From Raillietiella orientalis (taxonomy: Eukaryota), in NCBI GenBank assembly GCA_036172245.1, contig JAYWIR010000053.1:744001-808000 (forward strand): DNA of 64,000 nt, in the 5' to 3' direction. Shown here in pieces: positions 51,951 to 64,000 of this stretch; the first letter of the stretch is position 1, and every line of letters starts with the position of its first letter. A program made the position numbers and the translations under genes. A model generated the notes under the pieces. That model saw nothing but the letters and a program-made list of their open reading frames with translations, was not told where the DNA came from and did no database searches.

Positions 51951-53899
51951 TCCCAGAGAAAAAAGAGTACCTGACTTCAGAGGCAACACCGAAGTGCTCG
52001 TGCACAAAGGAGGCATCGCGAGTTCTTCCATGGATACACTTGACAGCTTCCTCTGCCGAAGGAGTCCGTTCGGCCAGGAGCGAGGAGCGTCGTCGTCCAC
52101 CAGCTCGTTCGCCTTTCAGCCTTCCAGGAATTCGGTCACCCCTGCGATGGTGCGGAGGAATTCCCACCCGTTGATCGGCAACTGTCTTCTCTTGTCCTGA
52201 GGGCAAGCAACAATGTGGTAAAGGGCGTAATGGTAAGACGAGGCAACCCCTAGTGGAAGGTTCAGAAGATATCCTAGCAGTCGGCATTCGGAGTCCCAAT
52301 GACCTGGAGTCTTCGTCAGAAGAAGGAGCCGTTTGGTTGCCAATGGCATCCAATGAGAACGCGATGTATATAGAGGTTCGCATAAGTAAGACGATAGATA
52401 AAGAAGACGTCCAGAAGGTCCAATTGCTGAGGAGGTGGGCAGAGGATTCTTGGAACTGTTACCATCACTTCATGAGGACGGTACAAAAAGATGAAGAATG
52501 CAAGGACCACAGAATCCTTGGTTCTTTTCAGTCCTTCCGCACACTTTGTAAAGAAAGGTGGAGCTTGCGTGGGGTCTTGGATTTCTAGCTGTTCCCGAAC
52601 ACCGTGGCTCTTGAGGTGTGCCTTTGACTGCAGAATGGTACTGCAAGAAACGTAATCTTTAAGGCTTTGATCTCAGGAGTGGGATCTCGGGCGAAAGGCG
52701 ACCCTTCGCTTCGTGGGCGGAGAGCACTTTCTTCAAGGCGCAGCTCCAAGGGAACTCAGTTGCGCCAGTCGAATTCCTACAGGTTCTCTTTCCGGCTTTC
52801 TCCGAGTGATTCACACCAACCTCACCCGGAACCTGATCCAAGGCTTGTAGAAGAGGTCATCGCGCTAACTGTGCGCCACCTTCGAGACGTCGATGCCCTT
52901 AAAGACTCAATCGCTCATCTGCTGCTCAACCTGGTCGTCCAGAACTTGACCGTTGGTTGTGACAATCCTCCTCGTCGTCTCCAACGGCCGCTCTCCCTGC
53001 TTATCTGCGGGCTTCGGGTGCAAAACAGGTCGTGAAGGGTACCTCCAGAAAAGGAACATGGAAAAACAGAGTACCTCATGTACCGATGACTATAGCGCGA
53101 GATGGCGTTTGGGAGAAGGATCGTACCCTATCACGCCGGGACTTTTAGTTTGAGAAAACAAAAGAAATGTCAAGTTACAGGGGAAAAGTATCCCCTCAAA
53201 GAACACGAAATGCCCCAAAAAAGTTCATCCTGGATAACCACCGGCACGCAGGCCAGCCTCCAAAAATTAGGGAACGGAGGGAGGGACAATAAATAAACAA
53301 AAGGAGACGGGAGGGCCGAGACGGGGTCTTTAAGATGAGACATTCCTTGGGAAGAGAGGAGGAGGCACACTGCTTTATTACGTCCACTTTGCGCGCTCCT
53401 GGGCCTTTCCGGAAACGGGAACAGATTCATTGCAGGTGATTCCTAGGCTGCTGGCTACTTGCACATCCAGGAAAGACCTCTTCTCAATTTTCACTCTGAA
53501 ATGTTTCAAAGTTCCGTTTCCATGGTTGCGACTCGAGACATGAGGCTGTTCTTCGGTTGATTCTAATGGTAATGAAGCACTGAGGAATTTTATTCTTCGA
53601 GTACAGAAAAAAAAAACAGTAAAGAGCAGGTCGTCGACCGTGGATACATCACTCGCACCGCTGCTTGTCTTGCAGATCGGTGCAACCTGCTCTCTCGGCT
53701 ATGCGCTCGCGCCAGTGGCAGCAGGAAGAAAAATCGCACCTTTTTTCAAGGCGCCTGGTTATCGCACCAACCTCCATTCACTTGGGGGACTGGAACCGGA
53801 TGGCGCCGGAGCGCAGGAAGGAAGCTGAGTTTTCTCGACACGGAGGCTGCCAATTCATCTTTTTTAATCAGAAGAAAAAGAGTAGCTCTCGTCGCACAC

Positions 53900-54800
53900 A
53901 ATGGCTGAACGAGGAGGGTGAGCCGCTTCGCTTCCGGTGCCCTCTGTAGACTAAGTCGGACTGACTGAGCTCTGATGCGGAAGCACAGAGAAGTCTTCTT
54001 TGTTCTGCAGACTTCAGGCAGAGCAGAGTCTTTGAATGGTTCCAGGAGAGACGACGGAGGAGCACACATGAGATCGTGCTTCCCGGTGCGTTCAGAGGAG
54101 CCTCCGCGGATATCCGCGGACATCCCTAACGCAATCCGGAAACGCCCGGATTCCTCGCGTCAGGCGGACGGGATGCCGGCGTTTCACATATCGTGCCGCG
54201 TCCACTGGCAAGTCGAAGGCTCCTCGACGTCGAGCGATCTTTCGGGAAAGGCTGGCTCGCACCCGGTCTTCGGAAGGGCAGCCTTGCATTCCTTGCAAAG
54301 GAGCAAGCCGGCTGGTCGACTGGAAGGTGCACCTGTCAGCTGGTTCCGCTCGCAGGAAGTGACGAAATGCAGTCGAGTTTTCGTGTGGTTGGCGGAGCAG
54401 CCTGCGCACTGCAGAGTCCCACTTCCTGACGTGGCAGCTTGAAGAATCCTTGAGAGACGCAGCTCCGGGGGTGGCATGGGAACATGGAAAACGCGCAGCA
54501 GGAGGAGAAGCCAGGATTGAGAAGCTCGTCCGCGAAGCGAGTGGATCTTGGACGGAAGACTACCCTCGGTCCTCCGTCCGAGATCTCAGGAGCGAGATTA
54601 AAGTCGCGCTGATTCGGATTGCGTTTCTTGCAGTACCATTCCGAAGACAGGCACACCCCGAGAGCCATGGTGTTCTGTAACACCCAGAAATCCCAAGACC
54701 CCACACGAGCTTCATCTATGTTTACAGGGTGAGCGGGAGGATTGAAAAGAGCGAAATCAAAGGAAGAGATCTCCGGTATGTTCGGACAGCAGGCCTGCAT
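53900..54800 (-). pseudogene. Non-LTR retrotransposon C-terminal CCHC finger remnant (possibly a different clade)
   Basis: QCAGCSANHTKTRLHFVTSC fits C-x2-C...T..H...C. Confidence 0.35.
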
Positions 54801-55469
54801 TTGTTCGTCCCACTACAGCGGATCCACCGAGAGACGTCTCTAGTAGGGGGGGCGAGATTTTCCGTGGCGGTAGGTCGTCACCCTGATATCCCCGCAATTG
54901 TGGGCTGTAGTTAGTAGTAAATGGATTGAGCAGCGATAGGGAACAGGGCTGAAAGAGAAGCCGCAAGCAGAGTAGGAGCGCACAGAGCAGTCATCTCTCG
55001 TATCGGGGTAAAACGAACTGAAAATGGGTTTATCACTTGGATGCTCATAAGCCAAGTGAGGCTGGTGCCTCATGGGGGCGATACAGATTCAAGTTTCATG
55101 TCGTGGTGATGTGCTGACAAATTAGCGCTTCTGCTTATTAATAAATAAGGGGATGAACTTAATGAGCTCGCCTTTTTTGCGAGTGTGGGATGATTGAAAG
55201 AGTTATGAGCTCGCAGGTGGCTGTTATGGGGTTTCCGTACCCGGCCAGCATTCATTTTCAAAGCATCGCACGCATGGGCATGATTAGTGATGGATTATTT
55301 GCAATAATCCTTTCATTAGCCCGAGTTGAGAGAGTGAGAAAGCGCGAGGCCAGAATCCGGTGCGGAAGCTGGCTAAAGCTTTCCGGGAGTGTTTCTGCCA
55401 GACGTTTGTCTTTTGGCTGGTAGAAGAAGGCAAGGTCTGCTCGGTGGTCTGCAGACAACACGTATCTCA

Positions 55470-56175
55470 GGCAGCCGTGCAGCTGTGGTGTTTGCGCGCG
55501 ACACCGAGAGCTGCGAGTTCGAATCCCTCATGGAGAGTCGACGCCGACAAATGGGTGCGTCGTGGGTTACAAGTCTCTTCGCAAAATAACTCTGGTTGGT
55601 CACAGGTGAGGCGCTGCTGAAAGCCGGAAACGGGATGCTCCCCTTGACTGGCCAGAACTGGAAGTTGACCCTCCGAGCCCTTCCAGGAATCAGCGTGCTT
55701 CGGGGTTCCTCTCCAGTTGTGGAAATGGAGACGTTCTTACCATGGAGCTGGTCGATAATATCGATAATTCCCTTCGGGGTTGCCTCTCCAGGAAATGGAG
55801 GCGCGCTGCTCCTTCGTGGTTCTCTCAGAGGGTAAAACTAAGAGCGGTTTCCTTACGGGTGCCCTCCTGAGAAGAAACGAGGAGTGGCTTCCTCTGGAGG
55901 GTCCCCGCAGAGAAAAGGAGGATTTTCTTTTTTTCGGGGTTCCCTTTGGAGACAACCAGGGCACGGATTCCCTTCGGGGTTCCCTCCCAAGCGTGAGAGC
56001 AACGGACTCCTTCCTCCGTAGCCCTCCTGGATTCCCAGAGCGATCCCTCCGAAGTTACCCCCTATGACTTGGGATGTTAAACGCACCCTCAGGTGATATG
56101 TACGGTGTTAAAGAACTGCTCCTCGTCAGGAGGCGAACGTTGTTCTTCACCACTTTACTAACCAAACAGAAAAGA
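55470..56175 (+). mobile_element. SINE copy S12, near full length
   Basis: GAGTTCGAATCCC at 55515-55527, AAATGGGTGCGTCGTGGGTT, core, and tail GGAGGCGAACG..TTCTTCACCAC followed by an A-rich run. Confidence 0.9.
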
Positions 56176-56179
56176 GAAA

Positions 56180-57700
56180 CGTCTATGGTGCAGTGGCTGT
56201 GCCAAGGTGGCAAGACGATTTAATCGGCAGCTCCAATGAAAGCCGCCTTCTTTGGTTTTGAACCGAACGCTGCAGTGAAAAAATCCATTGTGAGTCTAGA
56301 AGGAGGGAAGACCCTTGGAAATGGGTACCTCTGGAAGACAGGAGGAATGAAGGCGGGGTGACATTTCAGAAAGGTGCAGTCCGAAAAGGAGGAAGAAGAA
56401 AGGACGTTCGTGATTGCGGGATCAGTCGAAAATCAGTGGTGACCTTGAAATGGAGAAGAAGTCATTCGAGGAATACGTGAGAGCAGTTTCCAGTGAGTGT
56501 TCCAATGGAAATGGAAGTTTGAGGCCTCGACGCTGAACCAGGTACCCATGAGGTGTAGAAGATTTATGATAGTAGTCTGTTCCGATGAAAATCCTACACG
56601 ATTTGGATTTCGATCGGCCTTCCATCTCTAAATGGTGATTGACCTTTCTTTGTACGAAATGATTAGAAAGCTGGAAAACTTCTTCAGGGAGAATTGTGAA
56701 ATGCGTTGGCGATGATACAAGGGGCTCTTGAAAAGGTGACAGCGCTGTTGAGTGTGGCTCATGTAACTTTGGTTGAAGGTAAAGTGTGGGTTGCACTAGA
56801 GGCAGGGGGCAAACAGCTGACAACCACTCTGGACTTTTGTCTCGTCCGTCGCACCAGTCAGCGGATAATGGAAGTGGCTACTCCCAAACTTGTGGTCCGG
56901 CCCCGGAATGTATCCTGAGCGTTTTACATGTCCGGCCACACACTCGCGTCCTTCCTGACGTCGTCCCTCTGCCACCCGGTAGTACTCTTCTTACGTTGTT
57001 GTCTGTCGGATCCTCCAGCGGTCTTCCGTGCCGATGCGCGAGCACCTCCGGGGGTGGAACGGAGGGCCTCTATTTACTGTCTTCGTGCTGTCCTTCCTCC
57101 TCTTCTCTGAGGATGAGAGGACGAGGGTTCGTGGGGAGCGGGTGATGTCCCGGAACACCAGGTAGGGTATGGCAGCAGCTCGGATTCCGTTTCGTAGCTC
57201 CTAGGAGCCGACCTGTCCCATTGAAGAAGAAGATCGTGCGTTCTTCCTTACTGTTCCTTACCGAAGATCGTGTAAGGGGCTACAGGCAAAATCGATTTGC
57301 TGAATGTGATTCCGCGAGTCCTCACTGTAGAGAATGGTTTTCATCCATTTTGGTGTACTCTTTCAATTCTGTCCATCCGAGGCGGTGGTTTCCTTCTCCT
57401 TTTGCAATCAAGAAGCTGATGCAAAGAAAAACAAAAATCCCTCCAGAAGCCTCGTGGATAGTCGGTGGGGATTATCTTTAGAGAGTAAGCTCTCATTTGC
57501 ATTTCCTCCTTTTCCTTTCGGAGTGGCCATAGAGGATGCTTCCAGAAGTTTCCAGGGTGAAAAAATAAAAAGGAAGGCAGATGCCAAGCCTGTCTTCCCG
57601 GAGAAAATCCTCACGACGCTTCGCTGAAGATCACCCTTTCTTCAAATGGAGACGGCACAGCTTCAGCGAGGCCGTCGCTTCTCATGTCGAAGAGCCTACG
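56180..57700 (-). pseudogene. Possible BEL/Pao LTR retrotransposon gag-protease remnant
   Basis: HSANRFC..KEERTIFF and GHHPL (BEL gag knuckle-like), then IFIGTDYY (ILIG.D motif), in the expected order. Confidence 0.3.
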
Positions 57701-58399
57701 AATTCAGAGGGAGAACGCGAGCATCCATCGGCCCCCTGCAAGACTGCTCCTCCCTGTTTAGCGAGGATTTCAATCGGTAACCGATAGCAACGCCGATAAC
57801 GAAGCTGTAATTACGAGAGCGGCCTCACGGATGGGTCGGGAGAAGGCGTTTCGCAGGAAAATCCTCAACGCCGAGCTTCCGCGTTTCGAGGAGTTTCGGT
57901 TTGGCAAGGTTGCCAAAAATGCTAGCGATCTGCACGAAGAGTCATGGATGGCGAATCCATCAGGTTTTCCATCCCGGGTGACCCGCGTACTTCGCTGAGT
58001 GGCCACGGCAACGACGGATTATCAACAGCAGTTTCTTTTTTTTTTCTTCTCCCGGAGACCCATACAGAAACTCAAGAAAAAAAAATGTGAAGGGACATCG
58101 AAGGCCAAGCTGATGTGCGAGTAGGGTCACCATGGTCACGGCAACGCAAGCGAGAATGTTCCGTGGAAATTCGTCTCCCCTACCCGTCCTGAAATCTGAG
58201 CTCCCGACCAGGAATGAGACGCAGCCTCCGCGCTTCCAAGGGAGACCCTGATAGGAGGAAAGGCTCGGGAACACAACACCCAGCCCGCCACTTTGCATGC
58301 TAGAGTTGCTTCTGGGCAGACCGGGCTCAGAGGAAGGTTGCCACTAGAGGGATGCTTGAAATTCCGAGCTCAGTTGTGACTCGGACTTTCTGTCGACGG

Positions 58400-60192
58400 A
58401 TGCATCTCTGCAGCAGCGCCTCCCAGCGAATTAATCTTTTCCTGTTCGCTGGACTCGGAGTGTGTGTTTCCTCCTTCGCATCTGCTTAAGTCTGCCACTG
58501 CTTAAGTCATCTACGGCCAACTGCGACCTGCCTACCCCTGCAGCCGAGGGAACGCAGTGTCCTGGAGCGATCGAGAGCTCTCTTGCAGCAGCGAGCTGCC
58601 TCCTGGACTCGGCACCGCGTATCAAGCTGATGAGGGAAGATTTTGTTTCGGGTGGTTTCCCAGCGAGGATTGCAGCAGCACTGGCTGGCACTTCCTTTCT
58701 CTTCCACGAGTGCGGAGGGCGCGAGGCCTCGCCGGGTGCCCCGCGTCAAGTTGTTCTTGGCACCGCTTTCGGACAAAGTCTATCTCGCGTGGACAGCAAG
58801 CGTCGAGGGTGGAAGCCTCTTCACTTGCATTCGGCACGACGTCCGGTCGCAGCGCGCTACTGTCTTCAGGAATTCAACCGCCTTCGGCGATCGTTTTCTA
58901 ACGTCCGCTTGTGGTCCTGGCTCCAGCGACTTCCGACTGTGACACTGTGCATGCAGAGACGTAAATGCCTCGTGAAGTGGTCAAGGACGCGGAGAATAAA
59001 GCATCTTCTCAGCTTCACATCGCGAACCGTCGCATGATCCGGTCTTGCGTTTGCTCTCTCTTGTGATCCCTCCTTTACCCAGATGCCCCTTTGCCCAGAA
59101 ATCGGGAAATGCAAGCAACAAACGATCAACAAACCATTCAGAAAGGACAGGAAAGAAGGACCGTTCTGTCGCCACTCCTGGCGCACCTCCAGTACCATCT
59201 TTCCTTGAACATCCCGGGAAAACCACGTGAGCAGGATTAACAACCTTCCTTGCCGTAGCGCTGCCCTCCCTGAGGGAACACACAAGCAGCAGCTTTCCAG
59301 AAAGATGAAAGGTTACTATGGAAACCTCCTGAAGGAGAAGATGACTCGGTGAGGGGACAACAGGCCATCTTACAGACGCTGCGATCCCGAGTGCTCCACC
59401 TCGAAGACTTCCGCTCTGGGGCAGGCTGCTGGGTATTTCTCAGGAAGATCTCCAGTGGCTCCAGTGCTCTTGAACACTTGCACCCTCCCCTTGAAGTGGC
59501 AGAGGTCGGCATTGATGCTGCTGCACTGGGTCCTGCCGTGCAACGTCCGCAGGCATCACCGGAAAAGGAGGGGGGGGGATTGGATACGAACTGCGTCAGG
59601 TACGGGAGAATGAATCATTCCCGCACCTGCTTGTGGATTGTGTTGCCCTCCGACCGCTCTGAGAGCGATCTGCTGCGACCCTAGGAACCCCCTGCGGCAG
59701 CTCCAGGGACGCTGCAAGAGCCCTCCTCGCACGCGACTGCCTTCGGCTGGCAACCACGCTAGCAGTTCTTGCTGCCTACGCGGGATTGTAACGGCCTGGA
59801 GCGATGCGAGAGGAGGGCCGAGCGAGAAGGATGCCAACTATTTTGCCGTCCTCTTCTTGAGGAAAGCTACAAGATGCCTCCACCTGGAAAATATGCGGAT
59901 TGAACTTGCCGACATCTTCGAAAGACATCTTGGAAAGGATGCAGAGAACCGTAATCCTTTCCCTCATCTCTTTCCTTCCCAAAGTTCATTTACTTTTATT
60001 TTTGCTTTTGTTTTTTTTTTCTTTTTGTTCGACCCCTCGCCTCTGCTGCCGTGGAGGACCTCTTCAGCCTGCATACCGGTTGCACGGCAGCCTTGTTCTG
60101 AAAAGTACGTGGTTTTACCATCGGTCCAACCACAGAGATTATGAATGCTTATTTTTAAGAAATAGAAGCCCCAGCTCACTCGCGTGGAAATC
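58400..60192 (+). mobile_element. Degenerate LINE, RT region to 3' end
   Basis: C-terminal RCLHLENMRIELADIFERHL; ends with a degenerate hairpin and TGGAAA at ~60186. Homologous to 26527-27640. Confidence 0.7.
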
Positions 60193-60629
60193 CAGTGCCA
60201 GCTTCGCCGCCGCCTCCCTCCGGCTCATGAAGCAGAGGATGGGGACAACCTCCGTACATGCAGCCGCTCAGTCCCCTGGCAATGGCGGGGATGGGGATTC
60301 TGCCAGACCTTGCCGCATGCAACTCTCAGGGACACGCTCCCTTCCCCTCTGTGCCTCGATCCCCCTTCGATCAGAAATGGCGCCATTCGTGCTGTGAGGA
60401 CACCTTGCGCTGTGCTCAGGAGACAGTGGCGATTTCGCAGACGGCGGGGCTCCCTGGGCATGACCGGTACTCGCAGGGGAGGTGCCGGCCTGCGGAAGAC
60501 GCACTGCAGCTTGCGGCGTCCGACTTGCGAGTGAGAGGAGGAGCGCTCAAAGTCGCGGCTGATGGCTGCAGAGCGACCTGTTCATGCAGATGGGGTGAAA
60601 CTCAAGGAAAGACTGCAGCATGATCAAAC

Positions 60630-61400
60630 TCTTAACGATCAAAGAAACAGAGGAACTTTCCCTCCCTCTTCCCCCTTAAAAATAAAATGTAGCTGAGAAT
60701 CGAAGGTACAGAAAGCAAGTCATGAATCTGCGGAAGGTCCGAGTCGTCCAAAGCATGCGACAGTGGGGAGGCATAAATCTCCATCTGCTGTGAAGAGATG
60801 GCAGCTTCGCGTGGGTCGATGCTCACCTCTAACAGCCATCCTCGGAAGGCTGCTTCTGCTCCAGATGCCCTCAAGACAAGATACCGCAGCACCAGCGAAG
60901 AACAGCGAGTCTGATCTCGGCATTTTGTGGTCCGATAGGCTTCCCTCCGATCTCGGGCACGGCACTTGAAGAGGAGAGGTAAGGTCGAAACTTCACGGAT
61001 GTGGCAACAGTGGAGACAATGCATCTGTAGGCGCAGCTCTTCGTGGGATCCAGCCCGGGGGAGATGAGAGGAATACCGCAGTCACGGTCAAGTCCAGAGG
61101 TTGAGGCTGCTGGTGGGTGATGCAACAGTTGTGGTTGTTGCTACTGCTGCCTGAGGGTGAGGATGAAGAGACTGCCGGTGCGTTTCAGTAGGATCCTACG
61201 GCAGCGGTTCAAACTCGTTCTGGGACGTCAACGGAACGTGCGTCTTCGACATCCTGTGAAGCACCTCCTTTGGCACTTCTGAAGGACTGTCTTGCTGCAG
61301 AAAGGAGATCATCACAGAGATGATGTTCTTGCCGTGCTTCCAGCCTTCCACAACTCTTCATGCCGCGCCCACGGCGCGGAGGCAGCAGGGAGATGTGTTC
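60630..61400 (-). pseudogene. LINE C-terminal fragment
   Basis: HCLHCCHIREVSTLPLLFKC resembles a degenerate zf-RVT motif. Confidence 0.35.
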
Positions 61401-61469
61401 AGTGCAACAGGTGGCCTTGCATCACTCAGAAAATCAGGCGTCCTAGAATGCCTCTGGGTGCCCTTCGGT

Positions 61470-62230
61470 TTTTTTCCACCTGGCGAATCCAGGACGTTTA
61501 CAGAAACAAACAATAGGCTCATAAGAGTGAAAGAACTCTTGGTCCCGCCAAGTCCAAACAGCCAGAGGCAAATAAATGCCGATACACCGGTATGTTGGCT
61601 GGCAAGGCCCTCCTCAGGAACAGCAGGGAGGGGAACGAGAAAAAAAAGAAAGACAAGTGAATAAATAAGCATCTTGTCTGCCTGGGCGGTTCGAGAAGGG
61701 ATCACCGTCTGTTCCGTGGCGGGATACCGGCAAGTTCCCCTTTATTCCTTCCCAGATGGAGCCACCTCGTCGCGACCCTCATGGAACAGGTCGCGAAGTG
61801 GATGGCGTCCCTGTCGTTCAATCTTTTCTTTCTAGAAGGGATCCGCGCTGCCATTGTCCCCCGATAAACGCGGCAGGGCGGCACTGCACCACCCTCCCGG
61901 GGTTTCCGCCTGGATTTGCAGGGAAGTCGCGAGGCGCTCCCCACGCACGCCGGAGGGCAACGAGGTCCACATTCGTGCGCGGGAAGGCTCCTGGCTGGGA
62001 TCCACAGGGAGTTGAGTGGGAGATCCCAGAGGAACAGGGGCATCGGAAGCTCCTGCCACTTCGGAGGAAGGGCGGATCCGCGCCGCGAATGCCTTTGGGA
62101 TCCTGCAGGGGAGTTGTGTGCTCCCATCGGGGTGAGCGCCTCCTTCAGATCGAAATGCGACTCCGGGTGGGTCGGAGGTCACGAGTGCCGGGAGAGATCT
62201 GCGAGATGAACCTCACCCTCGGTGAGCCCC
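61470..62230 (-). mobile_element. LINE 3' fragment
   Basis: DAIHFATCSMRVATRWLHLGRNKGELAGI, then hairpin CCTGG-ATTCG-CCAGG at 61479-61493 followed by TGGAAAAAAA. Confidence 0.7.
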
Positions 62231-62862
62231 CGTGATAGTTTGAAAGGGTACCGCGTGCGGTTTATTCACTCCCGAATCCGCTGCGTCCCTCATTATCAGA
62301 AGAGCATCATGGAAACGCTGCTCTTGGCGAATCCTCCACACAAAGGGCCGCTGAATCCCCGCTTCAAGCGACTGCTAATAAAGTTCTGGGGGCTTCGCTT
62401 CCCCCAGCGTGCCCCATAAACAAAACGCGAGTTTTACGTCTCGGGAGTGCTGCCACTTTAATCTCGGCAGAAAACACTTCATCATCGCAGCGAAAACTTC
62501 CATCTTGGAATCCGTAGTAAAAGACTCGTAATACCAGATAATTTGCTCCTTCCTGGCTTGGATGCTATGCATATGAGCGAGCACTCGGCTTGTCCTGAGT
62601 CGGGCGACCGGTGTCAGCCTTTACAAGGAGGTTCCGCGCTGCGATGCCGGAATAATGAGAGGAGTTTCGTACCCATTTGTCATGCTTTGAGGCCTTCCTT
62701 GGGGGAGGAGGAGGGGGTGGAGGGGGAGGGGAGCCGCCTTCCCGTCCACTGTCAGTGAGGCGAGGATCCAAAATGACGGGAAAACGACTTCGCAGCGAGG
62801 GAGCCGTTGCCGCCAAAGCCAGAATGCAACAGAGGAGATTTCTCCGTCGAGCGTCCGCCGGA

Positions 62863-63570
62863 GGCCGCATGGCTGCGACTCTCGCTCTCGGCGTGCCAAG
62901 CATTGCGGGTTCGAATCCCCATGTGGAGGATTGACTCCGAGAAATAAGAGGCGCGTCGCGGGTTCCGATTCCCCCCCTTCCCTGCAGGATGGCGCCGGTG
63001 ACCAGTGGGCCACGGGTGAGGCACTGGTGTGAACAGCCGGAAGCCGGGCGCCCCGTTGACTGGCCGGGATTGAAAGCTGACTCTCCGGGGTCCTTCCAGC
63101 AATCAAGGAGCGGACTCCCTTCAGGGTTACCATCCGGTTGTGGAGATGGTGCCATACCATGGAGATGGTGCCATACGTCCCTCGGGGGGTTCCTTCCCCA
63201 CAGTGCCAAGAAGCGCTCTGGTCCCTTCAAGGTTCTCCTGAGAGGAAGAGACAAGGAGCGGATCCTTTCCTTCGGAGAAGAAATGAAGAAGATGAACCCC
63301 TCCGGGATACCGGAGGGGTTCATCTCATTTCCGGAGAGAATAAGGAAGAAGTCACCTCTGGGCTTCGCTTCGGAGTTCCTCCACCAAGAGTAAAAGGAAT
63401 GCTCTTCTTCCTTCGGAGCCTTCCTGGCTTCATGGGGTGATCCCTCCGAGGTTGCCCCCCATGGCTTGAAGAGTGACGCGCACCCTGGAGTGGTGTGGAA
63501 CAGTGTCAAAGAGCCTCCTGTGCCCCTAGGCGAACGGTTCTTCAGTACTTAGCGAACCACTGAAAAAAGA
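62863..63570 (+). mobile_element. SINE copy S13, near full length
   Basis: GGCCGCATGGCTGCG start, GGGTTCGAATCCC at 62907-62919, core, and tail GGCGAACGGTTCTTCAGTACTTAGCGAACC followed by an A-rich run. Confidence 0.9.
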
Positions 63571-64000
63571 AAACAAAGCTGGAAGGAAGGCAGCGAAACA
63601 TTAAGGAACCCCGAAGGGTTTCCATCCTCCTGGGCCGACAGTCGGCCAGAGCGCCGCCGGCGCGACCTGGAGATCCGAATCCACGACCTATCACAAGGGG
63701 AGGGATGGGGTGGCGGCCTCTCGCCGCGGTCGCGTGGCACAGGCGAGGCACTTCGCTCCCTGACCACCTTCGGCAGGTCGCATCTCCACTCATAGTGGAG
63801 TGGATGCCGATTAATTAAAAAGAAACAAAGCACAAAAGGAAGGAAAGACGGGAAAAAGAAAGAAAGAAAGAAAGAAAAAAAAAAACCGGAAACGCATTCC
63901 AATTTGCCCGCATTATGTTAATCGGAAATCCATAATGGCTTCATAGACTTCCTTTGTTTATATGTGGAAAATTACACATGTATCTATGATTTAAGCAGTT

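Noticed and set aside
63141..63176. 19-bp tandem duplication TGGAGATGGTGCCATAC
   Set aside because: An ordinary slippage event private to one SINE copy.
62565..63509. 314-aa ORF, and similar ORFs over other SINE copies
   Set aside because: Antisense to SINE S13; the reading frame is not conserved among copies.

Overview
Repeat-saturated DNA, very likely eukaryotic. I found no convincing host protein-coding gene, intact RNA gene or CRISPR array. The window is a nested graveyard of retroelements. (1) About 13 diverged copies or fragments of a ~0.7-0.85 kb tRNA-derived SINE: Pol III A/B-box head, conserved core, variable ~39-40 bp internal tandem repeat, conserved 3' end GGCGAACGGTTCTTCAGCAC plus an A-rich tail. 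(2) About 20 broken fragments of L1/Tx1-type LINEs, with APE, RT (QGDSLSPLLF/YVDD), the 'L.APRRDGGLG' motif and a C-terminal CCHC finger. Their 3' ends carry a small covarying stem-loop after an AATAAA-like hexamer. (3) Weaker remnants of a hAT transposase and a BEL/Pao element. Notable structure: LINEs inserted inside SINEs with target-site duplications, recurrent head-to-head LINE pairs, and two 0.8-0.9 kb near-identical tracts inside otherwise diverged LINE copies (gene conversion or assembly artefact). All calls are by-eye motif recognition, and boundaries are approximate unless a motif is quoted.
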